Below are positions 21,069 through 31,111 of a stretch of DNA of 64,000 nt, one piece after another. How positions within the stretch are numbered: the stretch's first letter is position 1; each line of letters begins with the position of its first letter. The notes below the pieces were generated by a model that did no database searches, was not told the DNA's origin, and saw nothing but the letters and a program-made list of their open reading frames with translations. The stretch spans positions 11,038-75,037 of the forward strand of contig CAUUVZ010000001.1 in assembly GCA_963548875.1 (NCBI GenBank), in the 5' to 3' direction. The position numbers and the translations under genes were made by a program. This DNA is from an uncultured Treponema sp. Lineage in GTDB: Bacteria > Spirochaetota > Spirochaetia > Treponematales > Treponemataceae.

Positions 21069-21387
21069 GTTGAGCGAGTTAATCGGCACGGAAATCAATA
21101 TTTTCTGTTCCCTCCGGCGTTCTGCGTATACTTGCAGCTTTTGCAGATGATGTTGTAAAATCGCTCTGTATAAAACGGGATCGGGGAGAGTTCAAAAGTT
21201 TTACTTTTTCTCTGTCTCCGACGAGTTTGAAATTTAAGTCTTTGTACGGTAATGACTTAATTCGAATGCGATGTTATAAGTCCCTCTGTTATAGCGATTT
21301 ATAACTCGTGGGTATCTTGAAAAAAAATCGTCGCAGTCAAGTTTTTTTAGATGCCTAAAATATAGTTTACAAAGTCAGGAGTTTTTT

Positions 21388-22071
21388 TTGAACGTAAAAG
21401 GTCTTGGAGAAATAAAAGCTGTAGCATTCGATATTGACGGAACTTTGTACCCTCAGTGGAAAATTCATTTGAGCGCGGTATTCAATTACGCTTGTCATAT
21501 CATATTCTATCTATATTACGGGCTTGTACGCAATGAAATGCACCGTATGGAGCGAGTGGAAAATTTTCGTGTGGTACAAGCGGAAAAAATGGCGGCTTTT
21601 ATGCGGTGTTCCGCGCGGGAGGCGGAATCAAAATTAAACGCGGTTGTTTACGACGGGCTTAAAAAGAATTTTGAAAAGATTCCGTGTTATAAAGATGTTC
21701 CGGAAACTTTTATGAAATTCAGAGAAGCGGGATTTAAACTTGCATTGCTTTCCGATTTTCCTCCGGAGCAAAAAGGTGAAATTTGGGGAATAAAACCTTA
21801 TTGCGATGTGATACTGGGAACGGAATTTTTAGGTGCTCTAAAACCGGATCCTTATCCGTTTTTGGAAACGGCTAAACGGCTCGGCGTAAAACCGGAAGAA
21901 GTTCTTTATGTAGGAAACAGCATAAAATACGATGTTACCGGTTCTCGCCGTGCAGGGATGAAAAGCGCATATCTTCTTACCGGCTGGCGAAAATTATTCC
22001 GCAGCCGCGTAAAGGGTGCCGATATTTGTTTTTCAAGCTATCGTCAATTACAAAATATTGTGCTACAATGA
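21388..22071 (+). CDS. HAD-family hydrolase
   Basis: FDIDGTL motif I, KPDP, YVGNS..YDV. Confidence 0.92.
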   Translation: MNVKGLGEIKAVAFDIDGTLYPQWKIHLSAVFNYACHIIFYLYYGLVRNEMHRMERVENFRVVQAEKMAAFMRCSAREAESKLNAVVYDGLKKNFEKIPCYKDVPETFMKFREAGFKLALLSDFPPEQKGEIWGIKPYCDVILGTEFLGALKPDPYPFLETAKRLGVKPEEVLYVGNSIKYDVTGSRRAGMKSAYLLTGWRKLFRSRVKGADICFSSYRQLQNIVLQ

Positions 22072-22116
22072 ATTGCTATAGGACTGCTTGATATGTAAGT
22101 ATGTTCAATAGAATGG

Positions 22117-25100
22117 GTGGGAAAAATGTTTATTATAACTATTCTTGTTGCGGTGGCTGCGTCTGCCGGAATTTCGTATGGTCTTCATATAATCGGTAAA
22201 AACGACAATTCGATGGATAAAGTCCGCCGCTATGCCGATAAGCGCATGGCGGAGTTTGAAGAATTTTTTAAACATAGAGTCGAACAGCTTCGCGATGCGA
22301 AAACCGAATTCGATACGATGCAGGATAGAGCTGCCGCTACCGTAAAGAGGCTCGATTCGCAGCTTACGGAATTCGATACGAAGTCCGCAAATCTCGAAAA
22401 CGATTCCGCTGCAGTTAAATCCATAGAAGATAAAATAAATTCTTACGGAAAGATTTTGAATGAGCTGATCGATATGACGGCGAGCGTGGAAGAAAATCTC
22501 GATTTGCTTAAAAAAGAGTCCGCCGTAATCGATAAACTTTCCGACCGTCTCAATGCACAAAAATCCGGTATGGACGGACTTGAAAAACGCATTCCGCAGA
22601 TTGCACAGGAATTTTCGCAGAAAAACGGAGAACAATTAAAAGCAATCGGAAACCGCTTATTGTCCGAATACGACGGACGGGGACAGAAACTCCGCGATGA
22701 AATCTCCCAAATGGAAGAGAATGCAAAAAACTCTCTTGATGCGTTTCAGCGCGAAATAGCGGGAGTCTATTCTTCTGCTGCGGAAAAGGCTGAAAAACTT
22801 GAAGACGAAGCGTTCAAACACTTGAGTGAACAAGCCCGGCAGCGTACGGATTCGTATATAAGAGAAGTTTCGGACGGCATAAGCGGTTTGGAAAAACAGC
22901 TTGAGAGCAAGATGACTGAAACTGCAAAACTTATCGAAGAACGCTCTTCCGGTGTTTTATCGGATGCCGAAAATAGAACTGCAGAATTCGATAAGAAGTA
23001 CGCAAAAATTTATACGGAGCTTTCCGCGAAATTCAAGCAGCGCGCCGCAGGAATTGATGCCGAAATTGCAGCGAAAAGTTCCGAGCTTACAAATAAGTAC
23101 AATAAGTCCGCATCTTCGATAATTGAAAACATCAAGCAAAATCTTTCCGATCTTGATACAAAATGCAAAAGTTATGTTAATGACTTTGCGGCAAAATACG
23201 ATGCAAAGATTGAATCGCTTCAAGAGCGATACAATAAATCTTTGGAAGCGGCGGGTAATAAAAGCGACAGCCGCGTAGTTGAGCTTCAAAATAAAATTGC
23301 GGATGCGGAGCAAAAGTCCGCCCGCGAATTTGAAGCGGCGGCTTTAAAACACAGTCAGCAAATTGCGCTGTTGCATCAAAAATATGCGCAAAATCTTGCC
23401 GATTTGCAAAAACGCTACGAGGACAATATTGCCTCGCTGAACGAAAAATACGATACGATGCTGAAGCAGCTCGATGCCGTAAACGGAAGCAGGTTTGAAA
23501 GCGTTCAAAACGGCATAAATTCGATAGACGAAAAAAGCCGCCTTGCCTATGAAGAAGCGGCAAAAAAGAATGCTTTAAGGCTTACGGGGCTTCAGCAAAA
23601 AGTTGCCGATATTGACGAAAAGATAAAACAGCAGATTCTTTCGCTATCCGCAAAGTATGCGCAATCCGTAGAAACCTTGAACGGCAAATATTCAAAACAG
23701 CTTGAAACTATTGCGGGCAAGAACGACGGGCGCATAGAGGAACTTTCCGTTCGTCTCGATAATTCTTATGCGGAATTGGATAAGCGCACTTCCGCCTATT
23801 CGTCGGAATTCGATGCCAAATCAAAAGAACAAGTTGCCGCAATAAAAGCTTTGTATGAAAGCCGCATTGCAGAGTCCGGCGACGATTATATGAAGAAAAT
23901 CGCATCTCTTTCGGAAAAGTACGATGAAATGCTTAAACAGATTGACGGCGCAAACGGAGGACGATTCGATGCTATCCGAAGCAGTATGGATTCTACCGAT
24001 GAAAAAATCCGTCTTTCCTATGAAGAAGCCGTAAAAAAGAATGGGGAGCGTCTTGAGGGGCTTCGGCAAAAAATAACCGAAATCGATGAAAAGATAAAAC
24101 AGCAGCTTATCGGTCTTTCTTCAAAATACGCGCATTCCGTTGAAAGTCTGAACGGCAAATACTCAAAACAGCTTGAAACTATTGCGGGCAAGAACGACGG
24201 TCGCATAGAGGAATTGGATACTCGGCTGGAAACTTCTTATGCCGAATTGAATAAGCGCACTTCCGCTTATGCGCAAGAACTTGAGACCGGCTATACGGAG
24301 CGGCTTGCATCTCTCAAATCGGCGTATGAAAGCCGTATTGCGGAGATTCGCGAAGATTATATGAGCCGCATTAATTCTGCGGATAACGAAAATTCCACCC
24401 GTATAACGGAATTCATCAATAAATACGATAGTCAATACGAGGACTTGAACAGCCGTTATTCATCTTATACTTCGGATTTGACTGCCCAAATAGAAGCCGT
24501 CCGTAAGCTTTTTGACGAAAAGAAAGGCGGCGTTGCGGATGAAGTTTCCGGTAAAATTAAAGAGCTTTGGGACAAATATAACGCCCGCATAGATGAAATG
24601 AAAGCGGAGCTTGAGGCTTCCATACAGGAATCTCATATCATTGCGGAAAATGCTCTTGCCGATGTCAAACGCACCGGTATGGAACTGGAGCAGGCGGGAC
24701 AGGATATAGACGGGAAAATTTCCGAATTGAGCGATAAATACGACGGTTTCTTTGAAAATGCTTTAAAAGAAGCGGAAGAAAAGGAAGCTCTTGCTTTTGA
24801 TAAATTCGGTAAAGCGGCTGACGAAAATATAAAAGCCTATGCCATGCAGCTTAGAGAGCAAATTGAAGAGATGAAGACTTCTTTTGCCGGAAATATTGCC
24901 GATGTTTCCAAAAATATCGACGAGGCTATTGCCGCTGCAGGAGACCGAAGCAGCGGACGCATAGCGGAACTTAAAAATAAACTTACGGAAGCGGATGAAA
25001 GAACTTCCCGTGAATTTGAAGAGGCTGAAGCCAACCACAGTCGGCAAGTTGCATTGATAAATCAAAAATATGCGGGAAACATAGCCGAGCTTCAAAAGCA

Positions 25101-28100
25101 TTACGAAGACAGTATTGCCTCATTAAATGAAAAATATGCCGTTCTTTTAAAGCAAGTTGACGATGAGAACGGAGGCAGAATCGAAGAAATGCGGAACAGC
25201 ATAAATTCTACCGACGAAAAAAGCCGCATTGCTTATGAAGAAGCCGTAAGAAAAAACGACGAGCGTTTATCTGGTTTGCAACAAAGGATTGCGGATATCG
25301 ATGAGAAAGTAAAACAGCAGCTCATTAGTCTTTCTTCAAAATATGCGCATTCGGTTTCTACGTTAAACGGACATTACGGCAAACAGCTTGAAACCGTTGC
25401 CGGAAAAAACGATAACCGCATAAAAGAGCTTGATAATCGATTGGAAACTTCTTATGCGGAACTGAATAAACGCACTTCAACTTATGCGTCGGAACTGGGA
25501 GCAAAATATAAAGGGCAAATTGTTGAGCTTAAAACTTTATATGAAAATCGTCTTGCAGAAATTCGTGAGGATTATATGAGCCGCATTACGAATTCGGATA
25601 ATGAAAACTCCGGACGAATAACGGAATTTATTGATAAATACGATGCGGCGTATAAAGAACTTAATAGCCGTTATTCGGCGTATACCGCGGAATTATCTTC
25701 ACAGATTGATGCGGTACGTAAACTGTTTGATGAAAAGAACGGAGGTGTTGCCGATGAAATTACAGCCAAGATAGAAGAGCTTTGGCAACGCTGCAACCGC
25801 CGCATTGAAGAGATGAAAAACGACGTGGAAGAATCGCTGAATGATTCCCGTATTGCTGCGGAAAATACTGTTTCTGAAGTAAGGCGTTCCGGGATGGAGC
25901 TTGAGCAGGCGGGTCAGGATATAGAGGGCAAAATTGCTGAATTGAACGGCAAATACGAAGACTTTTTTGCAAATGCTGCAAAAGAAGCTGAACGCAGAGA
26001 GGCGGACGCATTCGAGAAATTCAATAAAGAAGCGGACGAAGATATTGCAGACTACAAAGCGCAGCTTAATCAACAAATTGAAGATATTAAATCGTCTTTT
26101 GACGGAAGTCTTGCGGATTTTTCCAAAAATGTTGAAGATTCTCTTGAGAACGCCGGCATTCGTAACGGTGAACGCATTACTGATTTTCAAAATAAACTTG
26201 CGGAAGCGGAAGAAAAGACTGCGCGGGAATTTGAAGCGGCGGCGGCAAAGTATAATCAACAGCTCGAGATTGCAAACCGAAAATATTCCGACGGTATTGA
26301 ATCTTTGCAGGAGCGTTATGAAGAAAAGATTGCCGCCCTTACCGGAAAGTATGAAGATTTGTTGAAGAAAACCGAAATGCTGAACGATGAAAGGTTTTCC
26401 GCTTTGCAGACGAATATAAATTCTACCGATGAAAAAAATAAGTCGGTTTATGAAGAGGCTGTAAGAAAAAATAATGAGCGTTTGGGGAACTTGCAGCAAA
26501 AAATTACCGACCTTGACGGAAAAGTAAAACAGCAGCTTATTTCGCTTTCTTCAAGATATGCGCAGTCCGTAGACGCTTTAAATGAGCGTTACAACAGGCA
26601 GCTTGAAAATATTGCCGGAAAAAACGACGGACGCATTCAGGAACTTGCAGCCCGTTTGGAAAACGCTTATTCGGAATTGAATAAAAAAACTTCTTCCTAC
26701 GCGGCTGATTTTGAAGATAAATATAAAGAGCAGTTTGCAGAATTCGAAAAAGCGTATGAAAGCGGAATTACAAAGCTGCGCGACGATTATATCAATCGCA
26801 TTTCTTCTGCCGATTCCGAAAACGCTTCTCGTATGGAAGAGTTCAACAACAAATATATTTCGGCTTACAATGAGCTTAACGAGCGTTATTCAGCTTCAAC
26901 GTCGGCACTTTCTTCAAAAATCGAAGCCGTGGAGCGTTTGTTCGACGAGAAAAAGGGCGGCGTTACGGATGAAATCACGCGCAAAATCGACGAGCTCGGT
27001 GAAAAATATAACAACCGTATAGAAAAGCTTAAGACGGATCTTGACTTTTCATTTGAGGGAGCGCGTCTTGCTTCCGAAAACGCTCTTTCCGATTTAAAAC
27101 TAAGCACCAGCGAGCTTGAACAAACCGGAATTGCAATGGATAAAAAGATTGCAGAGCTGAGTGAAAAATACGGAACTTTCTTTGAAAACGCAATGAAAGA
27201 TGCCGAAGAAAAAGAAGCTCAGGCTTACGAAAAATTCGGTAAAGAAGCCGCCGATAATATAGAGCTTTATAAATCACGCATTCAGGAAAAAATCGATAAG
27301 CTGCAATCCGCTTTTGACGGAAATTTTGCGGATATTTCCAAGAAGATAAACGAATCAATCGTTAATGCGGAAAATACTGCTTCGCGCGTAAAGCAGGAAT
27401 GCGGAGATTCTTTAGATAAAATTGAAGAAGCCCGCAGTTTATTCGAGCAAAAGATTGCGGAAATTGACGGGCGGCTTGAAGAATTTAAACGCAATGCCGG
27501 AACGAAAATTACCGAGCTTTCCGATATGCTTGAAAATTCGGAAGAATCTTTGCGCTCCGACTGCGAAAAACGGCAGACTGCCGCTCTTTCCGGTGTTGAT
27601 GAACAGCTTTCCGCTTATAAAAAAGAGTTGGAATATCGTATTTCACAAATTCAATCTTCCGGTTCGGATGTGGATATTCTTGAAAACAGTCTTCGTGAAG
27701 CAATGAAGGCGGTCGGTAACAGGGTTCTTGGAGATTTTGAGTTGTTTACTGCCGAGCAAAAGAAACGTCATGAGGATTTTGCGCGCGCGTTAAAAGAAAA
27801 TTCTGACGTGCTTGAAAATGAGCTTGCTGTTATCGAAGGCAATATCGATGACCTTAAAAAGACTGCACTCGGCGCGATGAGTGCAAAACTTCAAGGATTC
27901 GAGGCTGAATTCGACAGGGATTTGAAGACCAGAGGCGACAAAATAAACGAAGAACTTGCTTCTTGGAAAAATGCGTTTGACGGCAAAATAACCGAGTTTA
28001 CAAATTCTTATGCTGCAGAGAGGCGCAATATTGAAGCGGATTATACCGAAAATCTTAGGCAGCGTTTCGGTGAGCTTACAGTAAAGCATACCGAGCAGAC

Positions 28101-29826
28101 TTCCCGTATTGCGCATGAAATCGAAGAAACTCAAAAATCAGCACAAATGCAGATAGAAGGAATCAGGCGGCTTGTAAATTCTTTTACGGCAGAGATTAAA
28201 GACAAAGTTGACAGCACTGCTTCTTCTTCGGATTCTTATTTGAAGACTTCTCTTGAACGCTCACAAAAGAATATCGATGAAGAATTAAATAAGCTTAAAC
28301 TTAATGTTACGGAAGAGCTCCGCAATTTTGAAAACTCCATACAAAGTCAACAGGAAAACAGTTCGTCTGCCATCGATTCCGCTCTTGGTGAATTTAACGC
28401 TTGGAAACAACAGCTTAAAAATCAGTTTGATGAAACGAAAGATATGTTCTCAAGCGAGCTTGGCGGACTGAAAGAGCAGGCTGATAGAAAAGTACACGAT
28501 ACGGAGCTGTTTATAAAAAGTGAGTTTGAACGGTTTATGGAAATGTCCAAAAAGCAAATTGATGAAGCGGCGGAAAAACTTGAGCAGAATATGAATGAAT
28601 ATGCGCAGGAATATTCATTTAAGCAGGATAAAATTTCTGCGGACATAGATGGATTACAGGAAAAGGTGAATAATTCTCTTGCGCTTTATGAATCTCGCAA
28701 TGAAGATACAATTGCACGCTTGGAATCCATGTATGAGCAGATGCTTAAAGATACGGAAGAGCGAGTAAGTCGTCAAAATGCAGATGCTTCTCGGAAAATC
28801 AATGAGCTGAGCGAAGAAATTCAAAAAGTTACGGAGCAAAATCGCAATGAGCAGTCCGCATTTGTTATGAAAATGCACAACGATTCAAACGATATGCAGA
28901 CACGCATGAGCGAACTTCAGCGGGAACTGCAAGCGGTTAAAAATATGACTGCCGTTTATGAGCGTGCAGAGCAGATTAAAAAGCAGCTTGACGACAAGAT
29001 AAGCGAACTTAATGATGATTTTGTACGTCTGGAAGATTTTAAGGCTGCGGCAGCGAATATCAATTCACAATATAACGATATTATCAAAATCAAAACCGAA
29101 ATTGACCGCGGGCTTGACGGTTATGAAGAGCAGCAAAGGCGTATGGATGATGTTGGCAGCAAATATGAAAAAGCGATTTCCTCATCCAACATCATTGAAG
29201 AAAAAATACGCGGTTTATATGCGACTTTTGATGAACTTCAGAATATGGAATTGCGTATACGCGATTTCAAAGAATCTCTTGCCGGTATTTCCGGACGCTA
29301 CGACAGACTTGAGCAGAAAAACGAAGTTATCGACAGAGTTTGTAAGGATATCGACACTTCGTTTGAAAATCTTAAAACTATTGAAGACCGCCTGAACGAT
29401 TGCTCCCGACAAACTGAAAAATTGCCGGACGAAATACGCGGAATCCAGCGAAATGTGGATGCGCTTATGAAAAACAGTCCGAAAATCGGTGAAGCTGCGG
29501 AAAAACTTGGAAATCTTCAAAATGTACTGGATGAAACCGAAAAGCGCATGGAAGAAATCACTTCGGTTAATAAAGGATTGGGCAGAAGCGAACAGCGTCT
29601 TGCGGAGCTGAATACGCAGATTGAATCGCGCTTTAAACAACTTGCCTTATTGTCCGAGCGCGATGCAGGAAAAAATCATCCCCGCGAAGAAAGTCATATA
29701 AATCCGCAGGAAAGAGAACTTGTAAGGCAGCTTAAACTTCAGGGCTGGACGATTCCCGCAATTGCCAGTCGCTTAAAGCGTTCTCAGGCAGAAATAGAAC
29801 TTTTGCTTGAGCTGCCGATTGAATAG
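22117..29826 (+). CDS. giant spirochaetal coiled-coil protein (SpiroCoCo-like), N-terminal TM and C-terminal HTH-like motif
   Basis: 2569-aa open frame; SMDKVRRYADK after the TM; E/K-rich heptads; QGWTIPAIASRLKRSQAEIELLLE end. Confidence 0.85.
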   Translation: MGKMFIITILVAVAASAGISYGLHIIGKNDNSMDKVRRYADKRMAEFEEFFKHRVEQLRDAKTEFDTMQDRAAATVKRLDSQLTEFDTKSANLENDSAAVKSIEDKINSYGKILNELIDMTASVEENLDLLKKESAVIDKLSDRLNAQKSGMDGLEKRIPQIAQEFSQKNGEQLKAIGNRLLSEYDGRGQKLRDEISQMEENAKNSLDAFQREIAGVYSSAAEKAEKLEDEAFKHLSEQARQRTDSYIREVSDGISGLEKQLESKMTETAKLIEERSSGVLSDAENRTAEFDKKYAKIYTELSAKFKQRAAGIDAEIAAKSSELTNKYNKSASSIIENIKQNLSDLDTKCKSYVNDFAAKYDAKIESLQERYNKSLEAAGNKSDSRVVELQNKIADAEQKSAREFEAAALKHSQQIALLHQKYAQNLADLQKRYEDNIASLNEKYDTMLKQLDAVNGSRFESVQNGINSIDEKSRLAYEEAAKKNALRLTGLQQKVADIDEKIKQQILSLSAKYAQSVETLNGKYSKQLETIAGKNDGRIEELSVRLDNSYAELDKRTSAYSSEFDAKSKEQVAAIKALYESRIAESGDDYMKKIASLSEKYDEMLKQIDGANGGRFDAIRSSMDSTDEKIRLSYEEAVKKNGERLEGLRQKITEIDEKIKQQLIGLSSKYAHSVESLNGKYSKQLETIAGKNDGRIEELDTRLETSYAELNKRTSAYAQELETGYTERLASLKSAYESRIAEIREDYMSRINSADNENSTRITEFINKYDSQYEDLNSRYSSYTSDLTAQIEAVRKLFDEKKGGVADEVSGKIKELWDKYNARIDEMKAELEASIQESHIIAENALADVKRTGMELEQAGQDIDGKISELSDKYDGFFENALKEAEEKEALAFDKFGKAADENIKAYAMQLREQIEEMKTSFAGNIADVSKNIDEAIAAAGDRSSGRIAELKNKLTEADERTSREFEEAEANHSRQVALINQKYAGNIAELQKHYEDSIASLNEKYAVLLKQVDDENGGRIEEMRNSINSTDEKSRIAYEEAVRKNDERLSGLQQRIADIDEKVKQQLISLSSKYAHSVSTLNGHYGKQLETVAGKNDNRIKELDNRLETSYAELNKRTSTYASELGAKYKGQIVELKTLYENRLAEIREDYMSRITNSDNENSGRITEFIDKYDAAYKELNSRYSAYTAELSSQIDAVRKLFDEKNGGVADEITAKIEELWQRCNRRIEEMKNDVEESLNDSRIAAENTVSEVRRSGMELEQAGQDIEGKIAELNGKYEDFFANAAKEAERREADAFEKFNKEADEDIADYKAQLNQQIEDIKSSFDGSLADFSKNVEDSLENAGIRNGERITDFQNKLAEAEEKTAREFEAAAAKYNQQLEIANRKYSDGIESLQERYEEKIAALTGKYEDLLKKTEMLNDERFSALQTNINSTDEKNKSVYEEAVRKNNERLGNLQQKITDLDGKVKQQLISLSSRYAQSVDALNERYNRQLENIAGKNDGRIQELAARLENAYSELNKKTSSYAADFEDKYKEQFAEFEKAYESGITKLRDDYINRISSADSENASRMEEFNNKYISAYNELNERYSASTSALSSKIEAVERLFDEKKGGVTDEITRKIDELGEKYNNRIEKLKTDLDFSFEGARLASENALSDLKLSTSELEQTGIAMDKKIAELSEKYGTFFENAMKDAEEKEAQAYEKFGKEAADNIELYKSRIQEKIDKLQSAFDGNFADISKKINESIVNAENTASRVKQECGDSLDKIEEARSLFEQKIAEIDGRLEEFKRNAGTKITELSDMLENSEESLRSDCEKRQTAALSGVDEQLSAYKKELEYRISQIQSSGSDVDILENSLREAMKAVGNRVLGDFELFTAEQKKRHEDFARALKENSDVLENELAVIEGNIDDLKKTALGAMSAKLQGFEAEFDRDLKTRGDKINEELASWKNAFDGKITEFTNSYAAERRNIEADYTENLRQRFGELTVKHTEQTSRIAHEIEETQKSAQMQIEGIRRLVNSFTAEIKDKVDSTASSSDSYLKTSLERSQKNIDEELNKLKLNVTEELRNFENSIQSQQENSSSAIDSALGEFNAWKQQLKNQFDETKDMFSSELGGLKEQADRKVHDTELFIKSEFERFMEMSKKQIDEAAEKLEQNMNEYAQEYSFKQDKISADIDGLQEKVNNSLALYESRNEDTIARLESMYEQMLKDTEERVSRQNADASRKINELSEEIQKVTEQNRNEQSAFVMKMHNDSNDMQTRMSELQRELQAVKNMTAVYERAEQIKKQLDDKISELNDDFVRLEDFKAAAANINSQYNDIIKIKTEIDRGLDGYEEQQRRMDDVGSKYEKAISSSNIIEEKIRGLYATFDELQNMELRIRDFKESLAGISGRYDRLEQKNEVIDRVCKDIDTSFENLKTIEDRLNDCSRQTEKLPDEIRGIQRNVDALMKNSPKIGEAAEKLGNLQNVLDETEKRMEEITSVNKGLGRSEQRLAELNTQIESRFKQLALLSERDAGKNHPREESHINPQERELVRQLKLQGWTIPAIASRLKRSQAEIELLLELPIE
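23270..27350 (+). repeat. diverged internal repeats of the coiled-coil gene (1215-nt period plus one 471-nt sub-duplication); boundaries approximate
   Basis: KQQ..SLS.KYA.SV..LN..Y..QLE..AGKND.RI.EL starts at 23626, 24097, 25312, 26527. Confidence 0.85.
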
Positions 29827-29874
29827 GATTTGTGTTTAACGGATTTAATTTAAGCGGATTGAATTAAAAATTAA

Positions 29875-29911
29875 GAGCTGCCGAGAAAGTCTTTTCGGCA
29901 GCTCATTTTTT
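29875..29911. terminator. intrinsic terminator between convergent genes
   Basis: GAGCTGCCGAGAA...TTTTCGGCAGCTC followed by a T tract. Confidence 0.85.
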
Positions 29912-29914
29912 GTT

Positions 29915-31006
29915 TTATTTAAGAATATACTCGGCGACTAAACTTCCCATACGCTTTGTTCCGATAAGTTTTCCGCTATTTAAAAGCTCTTCGCGCTTTG
30001 AGCCGGCTATGTCCGCTGTGCGCCAGCCGTCATCCAAAACTTTATTTACCGCATCTTCAATCGTTTTCGCTTCCGTCTCCAGCGAAAAGCTGTAGCGTAA
30101 AAGCATGGCGGCAGAAAGAATTGTTGCAAGCGGGTTTGCAATATCTTTTCCTGCAATGTCAGGAGCCGAGCCGTGAATCGGTTCATAAAGTCCGGGACCT
30201 TTATCGCCTAAAGAAGCCGAAGCGAGCATTCCGATTGAACCTGTAATCTGACTTGCTTCGTCAGTCAATATGTCGCCGAACATATTGCTTGTTGCAATTA
30301 CATCGAATGCGCGCGGATTTCTTACGAGCTGCATAGCTGCATTGTCGATATACATAAATGAAAGTTCAACGTCTTTGTATCCGGCATGAACGGATTCGGC
30401 AACAGTTCTCCATAGTCTGCTTGAATTCAAAATATTTGCCTTATCTATTACACAAAGTTTATTTTTTCGATTCCGCGCAAATTCAAATCCTTTTCGCACT
30501 ATGCGCTCTATTTCCGCCCATGTATATTTTTCAGTATCCCATGCGGTTTTTCCATCTGCGCTTATGCCTCTTTCGCCGAAATAAATCCCGCCGGTCAATT
30601 CCCGTATTACAAGAATATCAATTCCGTCTCCGGAAATTTCATCTTTAAGAGGGCAGGCATCTTTAAGTTGCTTCCACATTACTGCCGGGCGAAGATTTGC
30701 ATAAACCTGCATCCCGCCGCGTAAGCCTAACAGAGCCTTTTCCGGGCGGATTTCAGGAGCAACAGAATCCCATTTTGGACCGCCTACTGCACCGAGCAAA
30801 ACTGCATCGCTTTTAAGGCATATATCAAGCTGATCTTTGGGGAGCGGTTCTCCTCTTGTGTCTATCGCTTCTCCGCCTGCAATCACCTTGGTGTAATTGA
30901 ATTTGTGCCCGAATTTTTTTGCAACGGCATTAAGTATGTTTACACCTTCCGTAACCACGTCGGGACCTATTCCGTCTCCGTAAATTAAAGCAATATTCTT
31001 TTCCAT
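29915..31006 (-). CDS. leuB: 3-isopropylmalate dehydrogenase
   Basis: [43 protein letters not shown]. Confidence 0.97.
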   Translation of the reverse strand: MEKNIALIYGDGIGPDVVTEGVNILNAVAKKFGHKFNYTKVIAGGEAIDTRGEPLPKDQLDICLKSDAVLLGAVGGPKWDSVAPEIRPEKALLGLRGGMQVYANLRPAVMWKQLKDACPLKDEISGDGIDILVIRELTGGIYFGERGISADGKTAWDTEKYTWAEIERIVRKGFEFARNRKNKLCVIDKANILNSSRLWRTVAESVHAGYKDVELSFMYIDNAAMQLVRNPRAFDVIATSNMFGDILTDEASQITGSIGMLASASLGDKGPGLYEPIHGSAPDIAGKDIANPLATILSAAMLLRYSFSLETEAKTIEDAVNKVLDDGWRTADIAGSKREELLNSGKLIGTKRMGSLVAEYILK

Positions 31007-31111
31007 TTGTTTATCCTTCTCTTTGTATTTAAGTATACTGTTTGTGTTTAAGTTATACTGAAGTAACGAGGAAGGGTCAACAATATATGCTATCGTAATT
31101 CGATATTATAT

